This document shows positions 37,455 to 46,556 of a DNA stretch of 64,000 nucleotides, in pieces. Both the position numbers and the translations under genes were made by a program. The notes under the pieces were generated by a model that saw nothing but the letters and a program-made list of their open reading frames with translations, did no database searches and had not been told where the DNA came from. Position 1 is the stretch's first letter; every line of letters starts with the position of its first letter. Origin of the DNA: an uncultured Candidatus Binatia bacterium (GTDB taxonomy: Bacteria; Desulfobacterota; Binatia; Bin18); assembly GCA_965214605.1 (NCBI GenBank), contig OZ243961.1, positions 2,624,001 to 2,688,000 on the forward strand, given 5' to 3'.

Positions 37455-38093
37455 ATGACAAAAGCAGGCCAAGCTCAGCAGACCAGAGAAAATCTGATCT
37501 CCGCCGCCCGTGAGTTGTTCGGGAAGTATGGATACGTCGATACAAATACCACAGAGATCGCCCTGCGTGCCGGGACGACCCGGGGGGCACTATACCATCA
37601 CTTCCGTGATAAACTTACCCTCTTTAAGGTAGTCCTCAGTGAGGTCAGAGCCGAATTGGGACAGAAGGTCAGGGATCGCGTACAGCAGGCTGAGGGCGAT
37701 GCCTGGCAGCGGTTCGTCGTGGCCGGCTTCTCGGGTTTTCTTGATTTTGTAGAGGACCCAAACGCGCGGCGTGTTCTTTATCTCGACGGCCCTGGAGTTA
37801 TGGGCCGCGCCCTGTCTCCCGAGGACGAAGGGCCGGGGATGATGGTAATACGCGAAGCCATGAAGGTACTAGTCGACGAGGGCTATATCGAAGAGCAGCC
37901 GCTCGAACCGCTGTGCCGGCTGGTCTGGGGAGTGTTTTTTGAGGCTGGTATTTACATTGCCAGGGCCGACAACAATGAGGTCGCCCAGCAGGAAATTAGC
38001 TTTCTGGTGGAGCGCCTGCTGGGAGGGCTGCGGGTCAAGGCCCAGTCACAGCAACCTTACGAAAAGGACAAGTGGCTGAAGCGGAGGCAGTGA
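37455..38093 (+). CDS. TetR/AcrR family regulator
   Basis: ARELFGKYGY...IALRAGTTRGALYHHFRDK. Confidence 0.92.
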   Translation: MTKAGQAQQTRENLISAARELFGKYGYVDTNTTEIALRAGTTRGALYHHFRDKLTLFKVVLSEVRAELGQKVRDRVQQAEGDAWQRFVVAGFSGFLDFVEDPNARRVLYLDGPGVMGRALSPEDEGPGMMVIREAMKVLVDEGYIEEQPLEPLCRLVWGVFFEAGIYIARADNNEVAQQEISFLVERLLGGLRVKAQSQQPYEKDKWLKRRQ

Positions 38094-38320
38094 CTCATAG
38101 ATCGTTTCGTCGGCCGGACCCTTTCCTTGGAGCTCCCCCTCGCTCCGCCCTCTCCCTGACGTCCTCGGTAACTGTTAAGGTGCCGAGGACGTCAGAGGGG
38201 GAGCCGTCGTTCCCTTCTTGGCGGTATCCTGGCGGGGCGAGGAGCGTCCAATTTCGCGCTCAAATGAAGCTCTCTACCCTAGCTGGGGCGTCTCTCGCAG
38301 AGAATTCCCTATTCGTCGCC

Positions 38321-38364
38321 ACTACCATGAGAAAATTCTCATGGTAGTCTCATCTTTCTCTCAT
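38321..38364 (+). promoter_or_regulatory. Candidate regulator binding site upstream of the degP-like gene
   Basis: 13-bp inverted repeat 38321-38348; TCTCAT at 38337, 38348 and 38359 (11-bp period). Confidence 0.55.
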
Positions 38365-38430
38365 ATTGAAGTCGTATGGTGTGGGTCAGAACATGTGAGA
38401 GGAGGACGTTATGAAGAAGACGAACACAGT

Positions 38431-39897
38431 ATGAAGAAGACGAACACAGTTGTTGCCGGGCTGCTGGCCGTGGCTCTGGCTGGAGGGGGTTTTGGTCTTG
38501 GTCGACTGACGTCCGTTGAGGTGATCAAGGCCGAGACGTTGACAAAGCCGACGCCCGCGTTTTCCGCCCCTGCCGGGCTGCCGTCTTTTGCCACCCTAGC
38601 CCCGCGGGTTTCTCCCGCAGTCGTCCATATCAAGGTGGCCGTTTTGGAGCGGGCCGATTTTCAACGCGGACCTCGGTTCGGCTTTCCGCCAACTCCCTTC
38701 GGTGGGCCGCCGTCCCGCTTCTGGTCGCCTTTCCCCTTTCCGCAGCCGAATCCCGCTCCTCGGCGTGGTTCGGGATCGGGTTTTATCGTGCGTAAGGACG
38801 GACTGATCTTGACCAATAATCATGTGGTTGAGAACGCCAAGGAGATTCGAGTGGTCTTGACCGACGAGACAGAATATCCGGCCGAACTGGTGGGAAGCGA
38901 TGCCAAAACAGACCTGGCCGTGTTGAAGATCACCCCCACGGCAGAGCTGCCGGTTGCCTCCCTGGGCGACTCCGACGCCCTGCAGGTTGGGGATTGGGTG
39001 CTGGCAATTGGCAATCCATTTGGCCTGAGCAATACGCTCACGGCCGGTATTGTGAGCGCCAAAGGCAGGACGATCGGGGGGCCGTACGATAATTTCATCC
39101 AGACCGATGCGTCAATCAATCCCGGCAACTCAGGCGGTCCACTGTTCAATCACGACGGCCAGGTCGTCGGGATTAATACTGCGATCTTTAGCCGCAGTGG
39201 GGGCAATATCGGTATTGGTTTTGCCACACCGATCAATCAGGCCAAGGCGCTCATGCCCGAACTTGAAGAGCACGGGTATGTGGCCCGTGGCTGGTTGGGC
39301 GTTTCGATTCAGGACCTGACCCCAGACCTCGCCGAGTCGTTCGGCAGTGCTGAGGGCCAGGGTGTTTTAGTCGCGTATGTGACGGCTGACAGCCCAGCTG
39401 AAAAGGCGGGCATCCGGCGCGGCGACGTGATCCTCAGCTATAACGGTCGGAGGGTGAAAGAAGCGGCCGATCTGCCGCTCCTAGTGGCCGAGACAACGGT
39501 TGGTCACACCGTTGCCGTTGAACTTAGCCGCGGGGGTGAGCAGGAAATTCTCTCCGTTACCGTTGGGGAACTGGCCGAAGAGCGCCGGGCCAAGAGGGCG
39601 ACTGCGGACAGGAGTCAGTGGGGCTTGGTCGTGCGCGACCTGCAGCCCCAAGAGCGTCTCCGGACCGGCCTCAAAACGGGTGAGGGAATCCTAGTATCGG
39701 ACGTTCTGACGGACAGTCCAGCCGCCCGTGCCAACGTTCGCAGTAGAGAGGTGATTCTGGAAGCCAACCACGCGCCGATTGGTTCGGTCGAGGACTTCAA
39801 GAGAGCACTTGACAAGACCGCAGCCGTCGCCCCGCTCTTGTTGCTGCTCAAACGACCGAGCGGAGCGAGCCGTTTTGTCTCGCTGGCTGCCAAATAG
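38431..39897 (+). CDS. DegP/DegQ (HtrA) serine protease with two PDZ domains
   Basis: GSGFIV, TNNHVV, TDLAVLK, QTDASINPGNSGGPL, RGWLGV. Confidence 0.95.
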   Translation: MKKTNTVVAGLLAVALAGGGFGLGRLTSVEVIKAETLTKPTPAFSAPAGLPSFATLAPRVSPAVVHIKVAVLERADFQRGPRFGFPPTPFGGPPSRFWSPFPFPQPNPAPRRGSGSGFIVRKDGLILTNNHVVENAKEIRVVLTDETEYPAELVGSDAKTDLAVLKITPTAELPVASLGDSDALQVGDWVLAIGNPFGLSNTLTAGIVSAKGRTIGGPYDNFIQTDASINPGNSGGPLFNHDGQVVGINTAIFSRSGGNIGIGFATPINQAKALMPELEEHGYVARGWLGVSIQDLTPDLAESFGSAEGQGVLVAYVTADSPAEKAGIRRGDVILSYNGRRVKEAADLPLLVAETTVGHTVAVELSRGGEQEILSVTVGELAEERRAKRATADRSQWGLVVRDLQPQERLRTGLKTGEGILVSDVLTDSPAARANVRSREVILEANHAPIGSVEDFKRALDKTAAVAPLLLLLKRPSGASRFVSLAAK

Positions 39898-39994
39898 ATG
39901 TTGGGACCGGGCCTGACGGGGTGGGCACCTTGCTGTCACCACCCCACATCGCCCCCCCTCTGCCCCTCAGGGGGAGAGTAAGGGGATGAGCCTG

Positions 39995-40600
39995 CTATGT
40001 CGCCGGGTCGTTTTTTGGCCCACGGTTCTCAATCACCTGATCGATAAGCCCATATTCAAGGGCCTGCTGGGGACTAAAAAAGAAGTCCCGGTCTGTGTCT
40101 TTCTCAATCTTTTCCAGCGGCTGGCCGGTGTGCTGGGCCAAAATAGTGTTCAACTGCTCCCGAATACGCAGCACTTCTTTGGCCTGGATTTCGATATCGC
40201 TGGCTTGGCCTTCTGCTCCGCCTAGCGGTTGGTGAATCATCACCCGAGCGTGGGGCAGAGCAAAGCGTTTGCCCTTGGCTCCGGCGGCCAAGAGCAGCGC
40301 TCCCATGCTGGCGGCTTGGCCGACACACAGGGTCGAAACATCGGGCTTGATGTATTGCATAGTGTCATAAATTGCGAGCCCGGCGGTGACCGAACCCCCG
40401 GGCGAGTTAATATAGAAATGAATGTCTTTCTCCGGGTCTTCCGACTCAAGGAACAACAGCTGGGCTGTAACGAGCGCAGCGACTTCGTCGACTACCGCTG
40501 AGCCTAAAAACACAATACGATCTCGCAGCAGACGGGAGTAAAGATCATAGGCCCGTTCCCCTCTGCCAGTCTGCTCGACAACGGTTGGAATAAAGTTCAT
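39995..40600 (-). CDS. clpP: ATP-dependent Clp protease proteolytic subunit
   Basis: [36 protein letters not shown]. Confidence 0.97.
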   Translation of the reverse strand: MNFIPTVVEQTGRGERAYDLYSRLLRDRIVFLGSAVVDEVAALVTAQLLFLESEDPEKDIHFYINSPGGSVTAGLAIYDTMQYIKPDVSTLCVGQAASMGALLLAAGAKGKRFALPHARVMIHQPLGGAEGQASDIEIQAKEVLRIREQLNTILAQHTGQPLEKIEKDTDRDFFFSPQQALEYGLIDQVIENRGPKNDPAT

Positions 40601-40739
40601 AGTGCAGCTAGCTTAGTCTTTTCCGGCTCCTCCAGCAATACGCCGCCCTGCTCTTCAGGCCCCTGCCCCTTCTCCTGTCCGCTTTCCGCGTGGTAGAGTG
40701 CCCGGCAAGATTCATGTTCGCGGATAGGAGGAGAGCACT

Positions 40740-41243
40740 ATGCCAGTCAAAGCCGGTTGGGAAGGTCGGTATTATGAAGATTTTGAGATCGGGGACGTGT
40801 ACCGCTGTCGGCTCGGTCGGACGGTGACCGAAAACGATAACATCTGGTTTACCTTGCTGACCAACAATACCAACCAGATCCATTTTAATGCCGAGTACGG
40901 TAAACAGACCGAGTTTGGTCAGTGTCTGATCAACAGTGTCCTGACGCTGGCGATTGTTGCCGGACTCGGTGTGGCCGATGTGAGCGAGAATGGCTTTAAC
41001 CTGGGCTGGGATAACGTCACGCTGCCCAACCCGGTGTTTGCCGGGGATACCCTGTACTCCGAGTCTGAAGTCCTGGAAAAGCGCGAGTCCCGGTCCAAAC
41101 CCCAGTGGGGGATCGTCAAGGTCGAAACGCGTGGGGTCAAACAGGACGGCACCCTGGTATGTCAGTACACGCGTAATGTTATGGTCTGGAAAAAGGCTCA
41201 CGCGCCGAAACGGGATCTCTTCCCCGCATTAAAACCCGCCTAA
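40740..41243 (+). CDS. MaoC family dehydratase
   Basis: GRYYEDFEIG, NQIHFNAEY, PVFAGDTLY. Confidence 0.88.
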   Translation: MPVKAGWEGRYYEDFEIGDVYRCRLGRTVTENDNIWFTLLTNNTNQIHFNAEYGKQTEFGQCLINSVLTLAIVAGLGVADVSENGFNLGWDNVTLPNPVFAGDTLYSESEVLEKRESRSKPQWGIVKVETRGVKQDGTLVCQYTRNVMVWKKAHAPKRDLFPALKPA

Positions 41244-41273
41244 CGCCGCTGTCTGGACTGGGAACGCGCCGCC

Positions 41274-42413
41274 ATGGAATGCCAACGCCATCTCTTTGCC
41301 CTGCCCGAGGATCAGCACTATCTCAACTGCGCGTACATGTCTCCGCTGCTGAAATCGGTCGAAGCGGCCGGCATTGCCGGGCTGCGGCGCAAGGTCAATC
41401 CAGCCGGGCTTGTTCCGGGGGATTTCTTTGACGAAACACAAGAGGTGCGCCGCCGCTTTGCCCGCCTTGTCCATACGCAGGCTGAGCGGATCGCGTTGGT
41501 GCCGGCCGTCAGTTACGGCGTTGCCATTGCCAGTCACAATACGCGGCTCCGGCACGGGCAAAACGTGGTCATCCCCGGCGAGGAGTTTCCGAGCAATGTC
41601 TATGCCTGGATGGCGCAGTGTCAGCACAGTGGAGCACGTCTGCGTTTTGTTACGCGTCCGGACCCGGGTTCGTCCGACAGCTGGACCGTCCGCCTCCTTG
41701 ACGCCATAGACCGCCATACCGCGGTCGTGACTCTCAGCACGGTTCATTGGACGGACGGTACGCCGTTTGATGTAAACCAGATTGGACGACGGGCACGCGA
41801 AGTCGGCGCGCTGTTTGTTGTCGATGGCACGCAGTCGATTGGGGCCCAGGCGTTTGACTTTGCCGACGTACAGCCGGACCTCCTGGTGTGCGCCGGCTAC
41901 AAGTGGCTACTCGGTCCCTACCAGTACGGTTTTGCGGTGGTGGGCGACCGCCTGCTTAATGCGGAACCGTTTGAACACAACTGGATTACCCGTAAAAACA
42001 GCCAAGACTTCGGCGCTCTGGTCAACTATCAGACCGAGTTTCAGGCTGGGGCGCAGCGGTTTGACGCTGGCGAGCGGTCCAATTTTATTCTAGTGCCGAT
42101 GGTGGTTGCCGCACTCAAACAGCTGGACCGCTGGGGTATCGCCAATATTCAGGCGTATTGCGCCCGGCTCAGCAGCGGACTGGCCGAGGTGCTCAGAGAC
42201 AGCCCGTTGACGGTGGCCGCCGAGCGCTCAGCCCACCTGTTTGGGGTGCAGCTCCCCGACGCCGGGCAGATGCCGGCCGTTCTTGCCGAACTCCGCAGAC
42301 GCCAGGTGTACGTGTCTCAACGCGGGAGCTCAATCCGTGTGTCCCCGCACGTCTATAATCGGCCCGAGGATATCTCGGCCCTAGCCGAGGCGTTGCTCAT
42401 CGCGGTAGGATAG
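41274..42413 (+). CDS. Class V PLP-dependent aminotransferase-fold enzyme
   Basis: YLNCAYMSP, VDGTQSIG, AGYKWLLGP, IRVSPHVYN. Confidence 0.88.
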   Translation: MECQRHLFALPEDQHYLNCAYMSPLLKSVEAAGIAGLRRKVNPAGLVPGDFFDETQEVRRRFARLVHTQAERIALVPAVSYGVAIASHNTRLRHGQNVVIPGEEFPSNVYAWMAQCQHSGARLRFVTRPDPGSSDSWTVRLLDAIDRHTAVVTLSTVHWTDGTPFDVNQIGRRAREVGALFVVDGTQSIGAQAFDFADVQPDLLVCAGYKWLLGPYQYGFAVVGDRLLNAEPFEHNWITRKNSQDFGALVNYQTEFQAGAQRFDAGERSNFILVPMVVAALKQLDRWGIANIQAYCARLSSGLAEVLRDSPLTVAAERSAHLFGVQLPDAGQMPAVLAELRRRQVYVSQRGSSIRVSPHVYNRPEDISALAEALLIAVG

Positions 42414-42494
42414 GCTGCCGACGCCGTGGCTTCTGCCATGCAGGGATCGTCCCAAGAGCATTTCAAGAGCAATCCATGACTAGTGAGGAGAAGC

Positions 42495-42962
42495 ATGACA
42501 CATGACGCTGAGGTGAGAGCACTGTTTGAGAAAGAGCGCATTAAAGAAACCACCCATCGCTACTGTTATAGCGTGGACCGGGGCTCACTTGAGGAGCTCA
42601 TGGACTTGTTTGCCGACCCGTGTGATCTCGTGCTCGTGCCCGGTGAGCGGTTTGCCGGCCGGGCAGCTGTGCGGGACTGGTATGGGGCGTATATCGAGGG
42701 GCGGCCTGAGGTGCTCCGCCACCTGATTCACAATCAGCTTATCAGCCTAGACGGCGACCGTGCCCGAGTCAAGAGTTACTTTGATGCGGTTGCCGATCTC
42801 AAAGGTGAAGCCATTGTCGGCGCGGGCTTTTATGATGATACCCTTCGGCTGTGCGATGGGCAGTGGAAATTCACCGAAAAGATAATCACGGTCGATTTTC
42901 TGGTTCCGCTCAAAGACGGCTGGGGAGGGAATGAAAAGATCCGGGTGTCGCCCTGGTGGTGA
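42495..42962 (+). CDS. SnoaL/NTF2-like protein
   Basis: RYCYSVD, RHLIHN, GFYDD, WKF. Confidence 0.8.
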   Translation: MTHDAEVRALFEKERIKETTHRYCYSVDRGSLEELMDLFADPCDLVLVPGERFAGRAAVRDWYGAYIEGRPEVLRHLIHNQLISLDGDRARVKSYFDAVADLKGEAIVGAGFYDDTLRLCDGQWKFTEKIITVDFLVPLKDGWGGNEKIRVSPWW

Positions 42963-43089
42963 CCTTGTGATGGAGGGGTGGGGGAGAGCCGGGCAGGAGG
43001 CCGGTTTGGGAGCGGTGACCGGCCGAGTGTCCACCAAGCGCCTTGAAGCGCTCGGCGCCCTTTCTCCGAGAGCTGTAACGGTGACGACG

Positions 43090-43773
43090 TTAGGTGGGCT
43101 GCTTTCTGCCCGTGTATCCGGGTGGTCTGGGAAACGGGGTGCCGTATGCATTGAGCCAGCTGACCTCTTCGACCGCTCTGCGAGTGACCGGCCCAAAGCG
43201 GCCTAGCGGGTAGCCAATAGGAATGAGCGCATAGGTCGTAATGGTATCTGGCAGGTCGAGGATCTTTTTCATGTCGGCTTCATACTGCGTGGTCACCGAG
43301 GTCAGCGTTGCGCCTAAACCCACAGCCCGGCAGGCCAACAGGATATTTTGTACCGCGGGGTAAATGCTGCCGCTCAGAATCCGAATGAAGTTCTCGGCAT
43401 TTGGTCCCTTCTTACGCTTGGCGTGGAGGCGGCGTTCGCGTAAACACGGGACGATCAGCACGGGAGCCTCGGCTAAGTGATCGGCGAGGTAGGAGGCGGC
43501 GCGGACATTGTTGTCGGTCTCGGGCGTAAGTCCAGCTGCGGCGTACTCCTTCAGAGCACGCCGCCAGCCGTGTTGATAGAGGGCCGCGATTTTCTGTTTG
43601 CGCTCTGGGTCGGTCACCACCACAAATCGCCAGGCTTGGACGCCGCCTCCGCTCGGTGCTTGAGTGGCGGCTTCGAGGATACGATAGATCAGTTCGTCTG
43701 GGACAGGATCAGGTTTGAGGCGTCGCATGCTGCGACAGGTGTACATGATGTCGAACAGGTCGTGTTCGGCCAT
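43090..43773 (-). CDS. Nitroreductase family protein
   Basis: RSMRRLKPDPV, APSGG..QAWRFVVV, QNILLACRAVGLG, PIGYP. Confidence 0.9.
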   Translation of the reverse strand: MAEHDLFDIMYTCRSMRRLKPDPVPDELIYRILEAATQAPSGGGVQAWRFVVVTDPERKQKIAALYQHGWRRALKEYAAAGLTPETDNNVRAASYLADHLAEAPVLIVPCLRERRLHAKRKKGPNAENFIRILSGSIYPAVQNILLACRAVGLGATLTSVTTQYEADMKKILDLPDTITTYALIPIGYPLGRFGPVTRRAVEEVSWLNAYGTPFPRPPGYTGRKQPT

Positions 43774-43794
43774 GCTTGGGGCGCTCCTTATTTT

Positions 43795-44511
43795 TTAATG
43801 AACCCGATACGCCACCAGGCGTGTCACGCTTTTTTGTGCCGTGCCTTCGCTGCTGATAGCTTTGACCAAGCCGACTCCTCGGGCGTACCACTCGGTATGA
43901 AGCAGCAAAAATTCCGAGGTTTTTTTGCGCGGGTCCGGCACTATGCTGAGTGTCCGCGTCTCGACTCTGAGACAGTTGCGAAAGGTCCCGGCCGGCACCT
44001 GTATGGCGCTCGGGTCAATCCAGGCGGTGGCCGACGAGTGGTTCTTCCCTCCGCTCGACATGATCCAGGTGTCCAGACTCATGCGCCAGTGTGTTTTTTT
44101 CACAAACGGACTCGGCATGATTTGGTCAAACCCCTGACCCAGCCGGGTATCCCAGACGCGGTCCCCCTCAGAGTCCAGCCACGGATAGCGGTATAAAAAC
44201 CCGTTTTTGTGAAAATAGGCAACCGTGCTTCTGGCCCCAGGGGCGCGAGGGGTAAGCGGTTCGTAGTCCTCGGCAACCACGTAGGACAACTGCCCGAATA
44301 GCGGCCAGTTGTCTTTAACGACGGTCTCGGTCATGTAGTAGTGATAGTCTCCGCCCGAGAACCTCACCTCATGCGTCCAGGTGTTATGCATGGCCAGAGG
44401 GAAGAAGTCGGCCGCCCTGAGCACAGTCGGCTGGGGAGAGAAGAGCGTGGCGAGTGACCAGGCAATGCCGACGGCTGTGGTAAACGCGAGAAGCCCTTTC
44501 CCCATGTCCAT
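43795..44511 (-). CDS. Hypothetical exported protein
   Basis: Signal peptide; FFPL..NTWT, VPAGTFRNC, WYARGVGLVK. Confidence 0.65.
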   Translation of the reverse strand: MDMGKGLLAFTTAVGIAWSLATLFSPQPTVLRAADFFPLAMHNTWTHEVRFSGGDYHYYMTETVVKDNWPLFGQLSYVVAEDYEPLTPRAPGARSTVAYFHKNGFLYRYPWLDSEGDRVWDTRLGQGFDQIMPSPFVKKTHWRMSLDTWIMSSGGKNHSSATAWIDPSAIQVPAGTFRNCLRVETRTLSIVPDPRKKTSEFLLLHTEWYARGVGLVKAISSEGTAQKSVTRLVAYRVH

Positions 44512-44552
44512 ACCATATACTGTTTACCCCTCGGTGACGCAAGCGTTTTCAC

Positions 44553-44579
44553 AAACGGCCGGCTGAGGTGTTCTTCTAA
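44553..44579 (+). promoter_or_regulatory. Candidate ECF-type promoter for a leaderless sigma mRNA
   Basis: AAACGG-N16-TCTAA ending 5 nt before ATG 44585; no SD upstream of the ATG. Confidence 0.45.
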
Positions 44580-44584
44580 TACAG

Positions 44585-45154
44585 ATGGAGCAGCAAACAC
44601 AAGTCCCGCCCTTTCCTGAGTTGGTGGAACGTCACCAGAGGGCGGTATATCGCTATCTCGTGCGCTTTACCCAGGACCCACACGATGCCCAAGATCTGTT
44701 TCAAGAGACGTTTTTACGCGCCTACCGGGCATATACCCGCGCGCAAAAGAGGCAAGAGCGCCGGGGCGAGATGCATTATCGGGCCTGGTTGATGCGGATC
44801 GCTGTAAACGTATCCAAGAACTATGCGCGCGACCGCCAACGCCGGGGCCGGGTGCTCGTGGCTGGGAACTGCGAGCAGGCCAAAGATGCTGCCTCGTGGC
44901 TCGGAACCGGAGCAGACATGGAGGAAACCATGACCGCCAGCGAGACGACCCGGACTTTACTGGCCGTCATTGAGACCCTGCCCTTCCGGCAGCGTGCCGC
45001 TCTCGTCCAACGCCAATTCGAGGGCCTGGACTATCAGGTCATTGCCAATAATCTGGCGTGTTCGCAGGACACCGCGCGGGCTCATGTCTATCAGGCGCTT
45101 CGCAAGTTGCGGCTCGCCCTCGCTCGGCGGGACACCGACGCCAAGGAGGACTAG
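44585..45154 (+). CDS. ECF RNA polymerase sigma factor
   Basis: Region 2 DAQDLFQETFLRAY, AWLMRIAVN; region 4 LPFRQR...IANNLACSQDTARAHVYQA. Confidence 0.92.
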   Translation: MEQQTQVPPFPELVERHQRAVYRYLVRFTQDPHDAQDLFQETFLRAYRAYTRAQKRQERRGEMHYRAWLMRIAVNVSKNYARDRQRRGRVLVAGNCEQAKDAASWLGTGADMEETMTASETTRTLLAVIETLPFRQRAALVQRQFEGLDYQVIANNLACSQDTARAHVYQALRKLRLALARRDTDAKED

Positions 45155-45157
45155 GCT

Positions 45158-46180
45158 ATGACAAAACCATGCGGATTTTCAGAACGCCACCTTATTGCCG
45201 AGGCGTTCGGTGAGGCCAAGGCTGAGCTGACTCAACAGGTGGGCAGGCATGTGGCCGGCTGTTCTTCGTGTACCGAGCTGCTCGAACAGTATCGGACGCT
45301 GCGCGCCCGCTTACGGGACTGGCCGCCGCCCGATCCCGCCCAAGAGGCCGAGGGCCTTTGGCGCGCCCGGCAGGCGCTTGAGGCGCGGCTGCACGAGGGG
45401 CAGCGTCCGCGGCTGCGCGTCGAGCTGTGGCACTCTCCGGTCGGAGATATTTTGCTTGGGGCGACCCACAAAGGGGTGGTTTTTGTTGAGTTCAAGCGCC
45501 CCCACCAATCGTCAGCCCAGCTCGCGCGCTTAGAGCACGACCTGAGGCCTGAGCAGGCCGGGCCGGATACCGCTGCCTTCATCCAACAGCTCGACGAGTA
45601 TTTTGCCGGAACACGTCGCACGTTTGACTGGACGCTGGACGACCGTTTGATGCGCAGCGACTTTCAGCGTCGGGTGCTGCGGGCCACAGCCGCCATTCCC
45701 TACGGCACGGTCATGAGCTATCAAGGCCTCGCCGATATCATTGGACAACCCACAGCGGTCCGCGCTGTTGCCCAAGCGCTGCGGCACAACCCGGTTCCTA
45801 TCCATATTCCGTGTCATCGGGTGTTGGGGAGTGATGGGCGCTTGACCGGCTATGCCGGTAACCTCGTCGATATCAAACGCGATATTCTTGAGACGGAAGG
45901 GATTCCGGTCAGACACACGAGGCGGGGCTTAGCCATTGTCAAGGCCCGGATGTATGTGGGCTGGCGTTCCCGCTCCTGTCTGTGTCGGCCTGACTGTCCG
46001 AGCCTTCAGGGGCAAACCGCTGGCGAACGGGTATTGGTCCCCTCTCGGACGCGCGCCCGTGAACTCGGCTACGAGCCCTGCTCCCGGTGTCATCCCGACC
46101 TGTACCCCTTGGAGGCGGCGGAACTGCCCGCGTCCCCGTCCACCCTGGGCGTAAGGCGGCAGATTGGCGCTGAGCCCTAG
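45158..46180 (+). CDS. Fusion of zf-HC2 anti-sigma-like domain, O6-methylguanine-DNA methyltransferase and Ada-type Zn domain
   Basis: HVAGCSSC (HxxxCxxC); IPYGTVMSY, IPCHRVLGSDGRLTGY; CRPDC...GYEPCSRCHP. Confidence 0.85.
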   Translation: MTKPCGFSERHLIAEAFGEAKAELTQQVGRHVAGCSSCTELLEQYRTLRARLRDWPPPDPAQEAEGLWRARQALEARLHEGQRPRLRVELWHSPVGDILLGATHKGVVFVEFKRPHQSSAQLARLEHDLRPEQAGPDTAAFIQQLDEYFAGTRRTFDWTLDDRLMRSDFQRRVLRATAAIPYGTVMSYQGLADIIGQPTAVRAVAQALRHNPVPIHIPCHRVLGSDGRLTGYAGNLVDIKRDILETEGIPVRHTRRGLAIVKARMYVGWRSRSCLCRPDCPSLQGQTAGERVLVPSRTRARELGYEPCSRCHPDLYPLEAAELPASPSTLGVRRQIGAEP

Positions 46181-46184
46181 CCCT

Positions 46185-46517
46185 ATGGCTGGCCATCTTC
46201 CCGCCTTTTATGCCGCGGTCTACCGTCTGGTCGCCCGCGTTCCTAGGGGCAAAGTGGTGACCTATGGGCAGATAGCCGCTCTGCTTGGAGCACCGCGCGC
46301 GCCGCGGGCGGTCGGGACAGCCCTGCGCCACCTGCCTCCCCCGCTCTCGCGCACCGTTCCCTGGCAACGGGTCATTAACGCCTCGGGCGGCATCAGCATA
46401 CGCGGGGATTTCATTCGGGCCGAACAGCAACGCTGGCTGCTCGAAGACGAGGGCATCGAGTTCGGTCGCCACGGCAAGGTTGATCTCGACAAGTATCGCT
46501 GGGCAGGTCCCAAATGA
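46185..46517 (+). CDS. Alkyltransferase-like (ATL) protein
   Basis: VPRGKVVTYGQIA, RAVG, VPWQRVINASG (Trp replaces the catalytic Cys). Confidence 0.88.
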   Translation: MAGHLPAFYAAVYRLVARVPRGKVVTYGQIAALLGAPRAPRAVGTALRHLPPPLSRTVPWQRVINASGGISIRGDFIRAEQQRWLLEDEGIEFGRHGKVDLDKYRWAGPK

Positions 46518-46556
46518 TGGAGACCGCCCAAGTGGAAGACACCGCCCTGAGAAGCC

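Noticed and set aside
39995-40600. clpP without adjacent tig or clpX
   Set aside because: Stand-alone clpP paralogues are common
41274-42413. Class V PLP enzyme as a selenocysteine lyase linked to the selenoprotein
   Set aside because: It lies 40 kb away and lacks a clear NifS/SufS catalytic Cys loop, so no link is supported
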